This document shows, piece after piece, positions 47,951 through 59,615 of a stretch of DNA of 64,000 nucleotides; the first letter of the stretch is position 1; each line of letters opens with the position of its first letter. The notes below the pieces were generated by a model that searched no databases, was not told where the DNA came from, and saw only the letters and a program-made list of their open reading frames with translations. Position numbers and translations under genes: made by a program. This DNA is from Octopus sinensis. Taxonomy: Eukaryota. Where the stretch lies: the NCBI RefSeq assembly GCF_006345805.1, contig NC_043017.1:18786001-18850000 (forward strand), in the 5' to 3' direction.

Positions 47951-48299
47951 AATGATATTATTTACCTGAGATCCATCAATATTTATCAACTTTTAAAAAC
48001 AAAAAGATGTCATACACAACAAATATGAACCCTCATCATATAAATCTATGGTAGAATTACTGTGGAATATTGGCTCTGAACAGAATTTTTATACAAAATG
48101 CTCTCAAATTCACAGACTGGAATTTGTATTATAATGATTTGATATTGAAATTGAAGCTGAATTACAAAGGAATTTGCAGCATCTTCGAATATTGACAAAA
48201 ATCACAGTTGATAGAAATATAGCCAAAGAAATAGGAATAAAATATATAAATAAAGTGTGGAAGAACTTTTATATTTATTGCGGCGAGAGAGAAACAAGA

Positions 48300-49400
48300 A
48301 TGGAAGACGAATTGTATGAGAAAAAGATTAAATGTGAAGCAGAGTCTCAAATTATCGATTTCCCTGAGGATATAAAGGAAGAGAAAGGAAAGACATTCTA
48401 TCAGTGTGATATATGCAAGAAATCATTCTCTCAAAAATGTAACTTAACTACTCACAAACGCATTCATACTGGAGAGAAACCATATCAGTGTGATATCTGT
48501 AGTAAATCATTTTCTCTAAAGCATCACTTAACTACACACAAACTTTTTCATACTGGAGAGAAACCATTTCACTGTGAAATCTGTGGTAAATCATTCTCTC
48601 AGAAAGGTAACTTAGCTAGACATACACGCTTTCACACAGGAGAGAGACCATATCAATGTGATGTCTGTGGTAAATCATTCTCTCTAAATAATCTCTTGGC
48701 TACACACAAGCAAATTCACACTGGAGAAAAACCATTTCACTGTGTTATTTGTGGCAAGTCATTTTCTCAAAGTGGTAACTTAACTACCCACATACGTACT
48801 CATACGGGAGAAAAGCCATATCACTGTGAAATTTGTGGTGAATCATTTTCTCAAAATGGCAACCTAATTACTCACAAACACATTCATACGAGAGATAAAA
48901 TCTATAATTGTGATATTTGTGGTAAACTATTTTCTGGACATGGCGAGTTAATAGAGCACAAGCATATCCATAGAGGAGAGAAACCATTTCATTGTGATAT
49001 CTGTAGTAAATCATTCTCTCTGAAGCATCACTTAGTTGCACACAAACTCTATCACACAGGAGAGAAGCCACATCACTGTGATATCTGTGATAAATCATTC
49101 TCTCAAAAAGGTTACCTCACTAGACACAGACGCTTTCATACAGGACAGAAGCCATTTCACTGTGATGTCTGTGGTAAATCCTTCTCTGCAAATCATCACT
49201 TAAGTACACACAAACAAATTCATACAGGAGAAAAACCTTATCTGTGTGAAATCTGTGGTAAACCATTTCCTCAAAATGTTAACTTAACAATTCACATACG
49301 CACTCATACGGGAAAGAAGCCATATCACTGTGATATCTGTGGTAAATCATTTGTTCAGCAAAGCAACTTGATTACTCACAAACAATCACACAAGAGATAA
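48300..49400 (+). CDS. C2H2 zinc-finger protein ZNF-G, 366 aa from first ATG (48300), 12 fingers
   Basis: 12 fingers. Track start 48174 is TTG. Confidence 0.94.
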   Translation: MEDELYEKKIKCEAESQIIDFPEDIKEEKGKTFYQCDICKKSFSQKCNLTTHKRIHTGEKPYQCDICSKSFSLKHHLTTHKLFHTGEKPFHCEICGKSFSQKGNLARHTRFHTGERPYQCDVCGKSFSLNNLLATHKQIHTGEKPFHCVICGKSFSQSGNLTTHIRTHTGEKPYHCEICGESFSQNGNLITHKHIHTRDKIYNCDICGKLFSGHGELIEHKHIHRGEKPFHCDICSKSFSLKHHLVAHKLYHTGEKPHHCDICDKSFSQKGYLTRHRRFHTGQKPFHCDVCGKSFSANHHLSTHKQIHTGEKPYLCEICGKPFPQNVNLTIHIRTHTGKKPYHCDICGKSFVQQSNLITHKQSHKR

Positions 49401-50020
49401 ACCACATCACTGTGTCTGTGGTAAATCCTTCTCTCAGGCACGAAAGTCCCTTAACTAGTCACAAACGCATTCATGATTGATGCAAGCTAAATCTGTGTGA
49501 TACCTGTGGAAAATTATTTTCTCAAAACAGTCACTCAACTGTCATAAACATGTTCGTACAGGAGTAAGTTAATTGCACACAAACTCTTCCACCATCATCA
49601 TTGTTTAACATCCACCTTCCAGGCTGGCATTGGTTGGACAATTTGACAGGAACTCATAAATCAGAGGACTGCATGAAGCTTATGTAGGCTCAAAAGTCTT
49701 CATACTAGAGCAAAACGATATTTCTGCAATGGCATTAAATTATCTTTTACCTACATACAAACTCTTTCACAAAAGATAAAAATCATATCAGTGTGATATC
49801 TCTTGTGGATCATTTTCTCAAAGTTGAGGCTTCATTACTCACATATGCACCCATTAGTGAGAAGCCAAATCACCGATATCTGGGAAATATCATTTCTTGG
49901 AGCTGATAGTGTAACTCAACACAAACGTATTTATACAGGATAGAAACCATATCACTATGATATTTGCAGTAAACTATTCTCCAAGAGTTCTAGCTTACCT
50001 GGACACAAGCATATTAAGCC
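49401..50020 (+). pseudogene. Decayed zinc-finger repeats downstream of the ZNF-G stop, interrupted by an RTE-tail SINE (49592-49680, minus)
   Basis: CCACATCACTGTG-TCTGTGGTAAATCCTTCTCTCAG, TGTGATACCTGTGGAAAATTATTTTC, CACAAACGTATTTATACAGGATAGAAACCATATCAC and similar, with indels and stops. Confidence 0.8.
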
Positions 50021-50940
50021 TCGTTCCTCAAAAGCGATTTTGTTGAAAAAAAACAATGAAATTCTAAGGATCCTGTATCTTAAAAATGATGTGAATCTAA
50101 TGAGTGGATGTCATATTTGGATTCTATGAGTTGAAAAATGCCAGTTCTGAATTAAAATATCTTGACAAAAGAAGCAAAAATATATTTTTTTGGCCTGTGC
50201 ATCCTTCCTTTCAAAATTGTGATGTGACTTGACATGTGTGCCTTCTGTCAACTTTGTTTCCTCATGATCATCAGGAAAATGTCTTTTAATTAAATCTTCT
50301 ACAAAAACTTATCTGAATACGATTATTTTGGCATGTACGCAAAAAAAAAAAGAAAGAAAAATGGTGGGCTCACACACATCCATATATAAATGTCACAAAG
50401 TTTTTTAAATTACAAGTTTCATATCTATTTATCTATCTACTTAGAAGTCATGTATGTCGGTAGAAACGTGTATGCCCAACAGTTGGGGGTATTTTCCTCA
50501 CATTAAATTGCAATATAATTGTAACCCACACTATCTGAAAGGTATCTGTAGAAAATTTCATTGAAAAATAACCATTCTTCTGAATGATATGAGGAAACAA
50601 AGTCAGCGAGGAGACATATTTGTATAAGTACTGTGTGCCTAAGCTTTTAACGGAAGCTAATTCCTAATGGTTCACAGAAGTATAGCACTAGGATGATTTT
50701 ATTTGTTGGCTTTTCGTTGTTACTTTATAGTAAATTTGTCATTGAAGTTTAAATAAAGTATTGAGGTTAAAGTGTAAAGTGTTTTAATAAAAACAAATAA
50801 AACACTAATGGGTTATTAAACAGATTATTTAAAGTGATTTTTCAATATTTACATCTTCATCCTGCTTCCTTGTCCTAACCCAGTCTTTTATATTTCCCTT
50901 TACATTATTTCTATTTCCTAATGAGTCCCAGGCGATCTGT

Positions 50941-51079
50941 GTATATATATATATATATACACACACATAAATATATATACACATATATATATATATATAT
51001 ATACACACACATATATATATACATATATATATAATATACATATACATATATATATACATATATACATACATATATATAC

Positions 51080-51114
<35 letters not shown>

Positions 51115-51118
51115 CACA
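50941..51118. repeat. Long (TA)n/(CA)n compound microsatellite
   Basis: Direct reading. Confidence 0.95.
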
Positions 51119-51119
51119 A

Positions 51120-52260
51120 ATTTGAAGATCGTCTTAATACTATGATTGTTTTTACGTCAAATGAACATAATTACAACACACCAATGCAAGGATGGTATTA
51201 ATTATTTAAGCGGTGTAAAGAAATAACAGGTACCTTCCTCACGGTGGTCAGCGTTATCTCTCTATATATAAATGGCAAAATGTCTGCGTGTGTGTCCTTC
51301 ATACAAATCCACAATTAATAGATGATTGCTAATTAACGGCAGAAAGAAACAGCGACAGCAATCTTTATTATGCTGGTGCGGAAATATAAAGAAAGGTTTA
51401 TTGTAAAATGTAAATGTGCTGTCCAGTCCGAGTTGCGACAACTTGAATATATTGTGACATCTCCGTCATTGGCTCTGTATTAATATGTAAGTATTATTAA
51501 TAGAAACAACATCTACATTGTATAAATTCTGTCATTTTCCTACTGCACCTGTTTGTTTTGATGTGTTCAAAGAAAGAAGAAAGAGAGTGAAGAAATTTCC
51601 TAAAGTAACAATGTTGTCTTAATCCCCTGTCACATATGTAATAGAAGTGAGTTGAAAAACTTGCTTTAGCTGACATTACTTATTGTTGTTTTAATACGGA
51701 AAGATACTTCCACTGTTTTCCTTTCCACACTCCTTTTCAGTTATCGCTATTCCCCCATATCTTAATATCAATGCAAAGAGAAAGTGTATTTCTTAAGTCA
51801 CTGTAACACATTGTTTAGCCACCATTTACCTTTATTTCTAAGAAATAAACTTGACTACTTTTGTCCAACATTGCTAATTGAAAATGATATTAATGTTGAT
51901 AGTCAAAGGTCAATGATAATTATCGATAGTCCAGCTGATAATTACAACGAACAAAACTGATGTCCAATGAAAATAAGCAAAATAGGTATTAAAGCTGCTG
52001 ATAAAACTTCCCAAAAACTTTTGTTTAAAGAGGTAAGCTGATCCAGTCTAATATATTTTATTTGTATTTAGAAACAGCAAATCCTGTAATCTCTATGAGA
52101 CAGTTGTAGATTCCTCATGGATAAAGATACAAGCTACTATGATATATTAGAAACAAGCAACAGAAATGTTATGTCAAACACCTACAAATAAGTAAGCATC
52201 AACTTTTTATATTGTGGCCTGTTTTTATTTGTGATTTCGTATTTGTTTTCTCACTTGTTA
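51120..52260 (+). repeat. Orphan copy of the upstream cassette (no ZNF exon downstream)
   Basis: Collinear with 45190-46520; followed by an RTE LINE instead of intron and acceptor. Confidence 0.8.
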
Positions 52261-52309
52261 ATATGATTGTGTTGAGCACACTTTTGTTTAATGTTTTGTT
52301 GACAATGCC

Positions 52310-53670
52310 ATAAAGAATAGAAGAGATGGATCTGGAAAGAATGGAAAAGTGTGGGTGGCAGCAAAGATTCATGTCAGAAGGCTAAAAGTGAGGCTAGACG
52401 TCAAGTGTATCTAGCTAGGATAGAAGCTGAAAAGAATAGGTTTGCCAAGATCAGACTTGAAGTGTTCCTGATTGTTAGACTGTGTCAGTGAGGATCGAGA
52501 TGTTGTGGGAGATAAGTGTGTGCAGATGGATAATGGTATGCTTGCACTTAGTGATGTGGACAAGAAAGAGGTGTGGAAAAGTTTCTATGCAAGACTGTTG
52601 AGTGTAGAGAATGAATGGGATAAAGGGAGTCTCTCTCATGTAATTAGGAGAAGAATTAGGCTAGCTGAAATGAGGTTTGACTTTGTCCAGGGAAGAAGCA
52701 CTATTTTTATATTCAGGCAATGGCAAAAGAAATACTTAGCTAAGAATAAACCATTATACTTCGCATTTGTTGATCAAGAGAAAGCCTTCGATAGAGTGCC
52801 CACTGTGTGATATGGTGGTCACTGAGGAGGCTAAGGATAGAAGAGTGGCTGGTGAAAGTTGTATAGGCCATGTACAAAGACACTGTCAGTAGTGTGAGAG
52901 TTAACCACGAGTACAGTGAAGAATCTGGTGTAGAGGTAGGGGTTCATCAAGGCCTAATCCTTAGTCCCCTCCTTTTCATCATTGTCCTCCAGGCCATAAC
53001 AGAAGAATTCAAGACCAAAAGCTTCTTGGGATTGCCATATACTGATGATCCTGCCCTCATAGTGGATTCTGTATCAGAGCTACATGAGAAATTCCAGGTG
53101 TGGAAGCAAAACTTCTAATCTAAGGGCCTTTAGGTTAACTTAGCAAAGACTAAGGTCTTGGTAAGTAAGAAAACTGACAGGACTCTATCCACCTTAGTTA
53201 GGAGGCCATGTTCGATTTGTAGGAAAAGTGTAGGTAGGAACTCCGTAGAGTGTACCCAGTGTAAGCTATGGACACAAGAGGTGCAGTGAATTAATAGGAA
53301 GGTTATCAGAGAAGATAGTTTGTGTACGTGGAAGATGCACAGGATCCATAAAAGCGTAGAGACTCAGGAAATTGATTCTCTCAAATGCCCTAATGACTCA
53401 TTAGAGGTAGGAGATAATTTCTACTACCGAGGGGACCATATTAGTAGTGTGGGAGGATGCACAGAGAACATGATAGCTAGAATAAGAATAGGATAGAGGA
53501 AATTCAGAGGGCTGTTACCTTTGTTTGCAATAAAAGGTTTCTCTGTCTGAGTGAAAGGAAGCTTGTCTGAGGCATGTATATAGACAGCAATTCTACAAGG
53601 CAGTGAAATGTGGGCCCTGAATGCAGAGGACATGCAAAGGTTAGAGAGGAAGGAGGCTAGCATACTCCAG
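52310..53670 (+). mobile_element. RTE-clade LINE RT fragment, degenerate
   Basis: AFVDQEKAFDRVP, GVHQGLILSPLLF, PYTDD, CTQCKLW, RIRIG.RKFRGLLPL. Confidence 0.85.
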
Positions 53671-53711
53671 TACTGTTCTTAAACTTCGTTTTTCTCTTGT
53701 AGACATTGATT

Positions 53712-53965
53712 GTGATCATCGTTGTTTAATGTCTGCTTTCCAAGCTGGCATGGGTTGGACGGTTTTGACTGAGAGCTGCACTGGGCTCCAATCCAATCTG
53801 ACAATGTTTCTACAGCTGGATGCCCTTCATAATGCCAACCACTCCGAGAGTGTAGTGAGTGCTTTTTACGTACCACCAGCATGAGGGCCAGTCAGGCGGT
53901 ACTGTCCCGGCCACACTTCAGTGGTGCTTTTTACATGTCACCAGCACGGGACCAGTCAGGTGGCA
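53712..53965 (-). mobile_element. RTE-tail SINE
   Basis: Reverse complement of the consensus. Confidence 0.75.
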
Positions 53966-54704
53966 TGCATTTATCAATGTACTTCGAAGTTCCAATCCCA
54001 CAGGAATAAAATAATGTCCCATGCAAGTATTATTTATACGTGGTTTGTGTGAGGGGGGCTGCCTTATAATGGCAGAGAGAGTAAATGGATGAGTGAGCGT
54101 TCGAGAGAATCACGAGTATGCTTTCTGTTTTTTAATTTTCAGTTGATCAGCTCTAGGCAGAAGTGGAAAATGAAGAGAGTATACTTGTTTTTTCATGCAA
54201 TTTATTTCCTATTAATAGAATAGTTGTGTATCGTTCCATACTGCCTTCGTTAGGGTTCATCAGCCCAACTTGACTGAACATTGTAATCAACAGTTAGTCC
54301 ATCTATAGTCATTTAAAACTTAAAATTTAAGAGGATCAGTCTTTTTTCTTTCTATGGAATGAGAATCATAAGTATTGTTTCCTACCCTTCACCTATGTAT
54401 AAAAAGAACAGCTGTTGTAGCTTAAATAGGAACAGGCTTGTTTGCTATGCTGTGCTGTGAAAACATTTGTAGAATCAATTTCCATTTTGCAAGATGTTAC
54501 ACGAAGACAGATAATAATAACATAAATGAAATTTATTAATACTCTCACATACATGATATGAAACTTCATTTAACTTGAATCCTTAGTTATTTCAAAAACA
54601 TACAAACTTAAATCATAAAATATATAATCAGGCAAATAATCCCCACTCCTTAAAATTACTGGCCTTGTGCCAAGATTTGAAACTGATATTGATAATTACA
54701 AATA

Positions 54705-55016
54705 CCACGGCACGTAAAAAGCACCATCCGAATGTGGCCGATACCAGCGCCGCCTAGACTGGCTTCTATGCCGGTGGCACGTAAAAAGCACCAATCCGAT
54801 CGTGGCCGTTGCCAGCCTCGCCTGGCACCTGTGCTGGTGGCATGTGAATAGCACCCACTACACTCACTGAGTGGTTGGCGTTAGGAAGGGCATCCAGCTG
54901 TAGAAACACTGCCAGATCAGACTGGAGCCTAGTGCAGCCTTCTGGCTTCCTAGATCCCCGGTCGAACCGTCCAACCCATGCTAGCATGGAGAACGGACAT
55001 TAAATGATGATGATGA
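54705..55016 (+). mobile_element. RTE-tail SINE, long copy with internally repeated GCACGTAAAAAGCACC unit
   Basis: Consensus match with (GAT)n tail; 5' unit occurs 2-3 times. Confidence 0.8.
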
Positions 55017-55954
55017 AATACCACAATATAATTTAGTGTGGTATTATTATCAGTTCTGTAAGTGTGACACAGATGGTAATGTACTGAGCAGTAATTAATT
55101 TTATTGATTAATGAGGAACTTCAAATCCTACCAGTCAACCTCAACGTTGCATTTCATTTCACTATTGATCTATAGGAAATGTTTACTATGGACTACTGTT
55201 GCCCCAACACATTTGTATATGTATAGGTACAAATGATATGCAACAGAAATTTATGCGGGATTAAAAAAGGTCTCCAACTGACCTAGTTACACTAAAACCC
55301 AAGAAATGTAAGGGGCAGAGATGACAACATCCAAAATTTTCATTTGGTGAATTGAGCAAAACAACAAAGATATACACAGATAATGCCAAAACAAATTCAG
55401 AGGTGATGGCCTTTGTCTATGTGGGGTAAATGCCTTACCTATGAGTATCACACCCACTTCCAAAAACAAAAACGCTGATGAGAAATGTTCAGAGTATTTA
55501 TCAGTTCAACCTGAATCAGTTGCAATGCTAAGCCTCACCCTAGTTTTGTGTTTGTGCTTTAGGTGTTGGGGGTGATGTCATATAAACGTGCTGAATACAA
55601 GTTTAAACAGACACAAACACACATAGTTATAAGAAATAGGCATCAGTTATGTCTAGAATTTTCTCGATAAAATGGATTAAGCTAAAGACACTGATTATAT
55701 TTCTAGTTCTTCAACCAGTCACATAGTCTATTTGAACAGGAAACAGATTCAATGTGGTGACCACAATTTGTCTTAGTCACTCAGATAGCAAAATCAAATC
55801 TAGAATATTTCCTAAGATCTGTTGCAATAGTTCACTATTGTGCCTTTGCACCACATAAAAGGAAATGTCTAGATGATTTTTATGTTCATAACACATACTA
55901 TTAAAATAGCAATGGTATGAGTAAATATTGAATAAAAATTTTGAATTATACGCA

Positions 55955-56770
55955 TTAAAAAATTATTAGTTTCTTAAAAGGAATGCATGCTATGGGGAAA
56001 ATGAAGGCAGTTTTCAAATCAGCATGAAAAATATATTTTGATCCACCCAAACACAATTCTTTGACAGAAAAATTCCTTGATGAATAGAATGAACATTTTT
56101 TACAAAGTAAAAAACAAAAAGATTTCATTAATTAGCTTTATTTCTATTATTTAAATCACAAATCATTCTATTATTGAATATAGAATAAATAAAAAAAAGA
56201 ATTAAGAGAAGACCGATTCTACACATGTCAAACATTATCTTTGAAAGAACCTGTTTGTTGAAGACTCATTATTTTCATTAATTTGCTGGAGTATATACAT
56301 GAATGAATGTATAAAAGAGAAAGTGTATAAGACATCATACTTATAGCCCTATGTGGTATGATGAAATAATTTCTTTTATCATTTGCAATTTGTATTTCTA
56401 ACGTAGTAATTGTACAGTGATGTTGTCCCTAAATTATGAGAATAAATTTCTCAGTTATTTACCCATAATGTTCAATAAATTCATTATATCCTGTTTTCCC
56501 TCAGGAAATATGTTAGGTCCAATAAATATGAGCACTTTCTGAATTAATACTTTATTACACTTACCAGAATGGTACGTTATCTCATGAATATAGATATAGG
56601 TTGTGGTTATATAAAATATAGTTTTCAAAGACAGTTCTGTGTATCATCCTCTACTAACACATTTACAGTGAGGTATTTTTCACACCATATCTTCAAATAC
56701 TGACACAGTTACTATTCCAGTATGATTAAACAGATGTGTAGATAAGTGACATTTCTGAGTAAATCACTTA
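55955..56770. repeat. Downstream (3') region of ZNF-H, duplicated at ~62860-64000
   Basis: Collinear alignment by eye (ATTATTAGTTTCTTAAAA...GCTATGGGGAAAATGAAG...; AAACAGATGTG.AGATAAGTGACATTTCTGAG). Confidence 0.85.
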
Positions 56771-56878
56771 CCACTTATACCACAATCAAATGGCTTCCCT
56801 ACTGTGTGAATATGTTTGTTTTTAGTTAAGCTCCTTCTTAAAATGAATGATATACCACAGATATCAGTGATATGGATT
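56700..56878 (-). pseudogene. Two decayed fingers after the ZNF-H stop
   Basis: Minus: PYH*..DICGISF..LTKNKHIHTVGKPFDCGISGK*FTQKCHLSTHLFNHTG. Confidence 0.75.
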
Positions 56879-58264
56879 CTATGCTGTATGACTGCGTTTG
56901 TGTATAGTTAACTTATTTGATACTGTGAATGTTTTACCACAGATATTACAACTATATGGCTTCTTTCCTGTATGAATGTATTTGTGTCTAGTTAAATCAC
57001 TACTTTGAGAGAATGATTTACCACATATCTCACAGTGATATGGCTTCTCTCCTGTATGAGTCCGAATGTGAGTAGTTAACTCACGACGCTGAGAGAATGA
57101 TTTACCACAGATATCACAGTGATACGGCTTCTCACCTGTATGAGTATGAATGTGCACTGTTAATGCATCTCTACGTGAAAATGATTTACCACAGATATCA
57201 CAGTCATATGGCTTCTCACCTGTGTGAATGCGTTTGTGAGCAGTTAAATCACCACTGTGAGAGAATGGTCTACCACAAATGTCACAAAGATATGGTTTCT
57301 CACCTGTATGAATACGTTTGTGACTAGTTAAGTTACCTGGATCAGACAATGTTTTGCCACAGATATCACAGTGGTATGGCTTTTCTCCTGTATGAATACG
57401 CTTGTGAGTAATTAACTTACTTCTAACAGCAAATGATTTACCACAGATGTTACAGGGATATGGCTTTACTCCTGTATGAATATATTTGTGAGCAGTTAAG
57501 TGACTACTAATAGAGAATGATTTACCACAGACATCACACTGAAATGGCTTCTCCCCAGTATGAAAGCGTTTGTGTACTGTTAATTTACTAATCGAAGACA
57601 TTGATTTACCACAGATGTCACAGTGATATGGCTGTCCTCCTGTATGAATATATTTGTGTATATTCAAGTGACCACTTCGAGAGAATGATTTACCACAGAT
57701 ATCACAGTGATATGGCTTCTCTCCTGTATGAGAGCGTACATGATTAGTTAAGATGCAACTTTTAGAAAACGATTTTCCACAGATATCACACTCATATGGT
57801 TTCTTACCTGTATGAGTGCACTTATGTCGAATTAAGGGACCTTTCTGACTAAATGATTTACCACACGTATCACACTGATATGGTTTCTCTCTTGTATGAA
57901 TACGTTTGTGCCGAGTCAACACACTATTTCTCGAAAAAGATTTATCACAAACATCACAGTTAAATGGCTTTTCCCCAGTATGTATGCGTTTGTGTATAGT
58001 CAGTGCATTTTTGTTAGAGAGTGCTTTGCCACAGATATCACAATGATGTGCCTTGTCTCCTTTATGGATACTACTCTGAGCAGTTATGGGACTTTTTTCA
58101 TCGATTGACACATCAAACATATCACTGTGTGTAGATGTTCCTCCTTTGTCTTGCAGCATATTTTTAGGATAATCAAAGTCCTCAGACTCTGTTTTTATAT
58201 GAATCGGTTTCTCACATAACTCCCTTTTAATCACAACTTGTGTCTCATGTAATTCACGTTCCAT
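56879..58264 (-). CDS. C2H2 zinc-finger protein ZNF-H, 461 aa from first ATG (58264), 14 fingers plus one degenerate N-terminal finger
   Basis: 14 canonical fingers. Track start 58279 is GTG; acceptor and uATG near 58572-58590. Confidence 0.94.
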   Translation of the reverse strand: MERELHETQVVIKRELCEKPIHIKTESEDFDYPKNMLQDKGGTSTHSDMFDVSIDEKSPITAQSSIHKGDKAHHCDICGKALSNKNALTIHKRIHTGEKPFNCDVCDKSFSRNSVLTRHKRIHTREKPYQCDTCGKSFSQKGPLIRHKCTHTGKKPYECDICGKSFSKSCILTNHVRSHTGEKPYHCDICGKSFSRSGHLNIHKYIHTGGQPYHCDICGKSMSSISKLTVHKRFHTGEKPFQCDVCGKSFSISSHLTAHKYIHTGVKPYPCNICGKSFAVRSKLITHKRIHTGEKPYHCDICGKTLSDPGNLTSHKRIHTGEKPYLCDICGRPFSHSGDLTAHKRIHTGEKPYDCDICGKSFSRRDALTVHIHTHTGEKPYHCDICGKSFSQRRELTTHIRTHTGEKPYHCEICGKSFSQSSDLTRHKYIHTGKKPYSCNICGKTFTVSNKLTIHKRSHTA

Positions 58265-59279
58265 AATTATTCTTACCACTTTTAATTCCTATTTTCTACT
58301 TCTATACTTCCATCAACTGTGATCTTTGTTGATATCTGAATAAAATGAAACTCCTCTGTAAATTTTTCCAGGTTTATGTAGAATTCCAATCATTTTTTAA
58401 CATTACAGACAGAGATGTAGTAAAATTGTTATGATAATTTCAGTTCAAAAAAATTTTTCACAGAAATTCCACCACAGATTATAGACGTCGGGTTGTATCT
58501 GTTCAGTATAACATCTTCCTTCATTTTTTTCAAAGACGATAAATAAAAAAGATTCTTTTGTGCCAATGTCATCTGATATTTCTGAAATAATAGAGAAACA
58601 ATAAGACATATTGGTGATACTTAAAACAGAGATTCAACAGTAAAAAACAGTGATGAATAGCAAATATAACTATTTAGCTCAACAGCTTCACTTTTTAATC
58701 TGCTACCTTAAATCATAATGAATACACAAAACCTACTTGATCTGCACATATATCACAGACTATAGTGGTATTAAGCTACCTTGAGCTTTCTCTCAGGTTA
58801 TATTATTATAGTATATTCTCTATTTAGTTTTGTTACAGTAATGTAATGCTATTTATTGTTTTTTATTGGGAAATAGATTATTTTATTTGGCTTTTTTGAG
58901 TAAGGGTGAATATAATGATTAAAACGTCACTTATAACTTAAGTGTTATCATTATACACAAATCCGAACTACAGTATATAACGCCATAGAGAAATATACTT
59001 ATGGAACGCTATGAATATTAACGACATGTATGTATAATATTTTCTTCGTGTTCATTTAACCGCTATAAGAAAATATAATTTAATGATTACAGAAATGCAT
59101 ATTTATTTATACTCAGTTGAATAAAAACGTGAAGAGAAACATTTTCTTAATTAGTTTAAGAAAAATGACATTGCTCATCAAAATTAATAACATCCTTCAT
59201 TGATCCAAAATATGCATTTGAATAAATAGTCATATTTCACCAAGTTTGTGACCCACTGTCCAATGACTAATACTCTTAG

Positions 59280-59615
59280 TGTTTCACAACCTATTTTCCA
59301 CCACGCCCCACAATGACTTTCCAGGAAAATGTATGCCCCACTGGTGGCATACGTAAAAAGATTGATAATTTATCAACTTCTAATAATTATATACTTTCCT
59401 GAAAGAATTATCCACACTAGCGCTATACTATAGCATACAAGAGTTCACATGATAATACTTGGCTGGATGTATTGATTTGGCTAGGCTGAATATTTGTGTA
59501 ATATGTTTGCTGTGAAAAAGAGAAGATTTTCACAATTTCATGTCCCACTAAAAGAAAAAATTTGGTCCCCACGCCCCCACAGGTGGGACATATGCCCAAT
59601 GTTGGAAATCACTGT
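59280..59615 (+). mobile_element. hAT-like MITE
   Basis: Imperfect termini TAGTGTTTCACAAC ... GTTGGAAATCACTG; no clear 8-bp TSD. Confidence 0.45.

Noticed and set aside
34011-48300. 42-aa N-terminal extension MQHLRILTK... in ZNF-D, E and G
   Set aside because: Starts at TTG, and the homologous leader is frameshifted in ZNF-F and has a stop in ZNF-A. Treated as 5' UTR, though non-AUG initiation is not strictly excluded.
25221-58108. Antisense ORFs over ZNF genes (25221-25439, 35247-35561, 41602-41832, 48868-49098, 57097-57327, 57896-58108)
   Set aside because: By-products of repeated finger codons (MIYHRYH...VSLLYEY pattern); no independent support.
6294-58264. 84-bp periodic arrays as CRISPR-like or satellite repeats
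   Set aside because: The period equals one 28-aa C2H2 finger and the frame is open; no repeat-spacer structure or cas genes.
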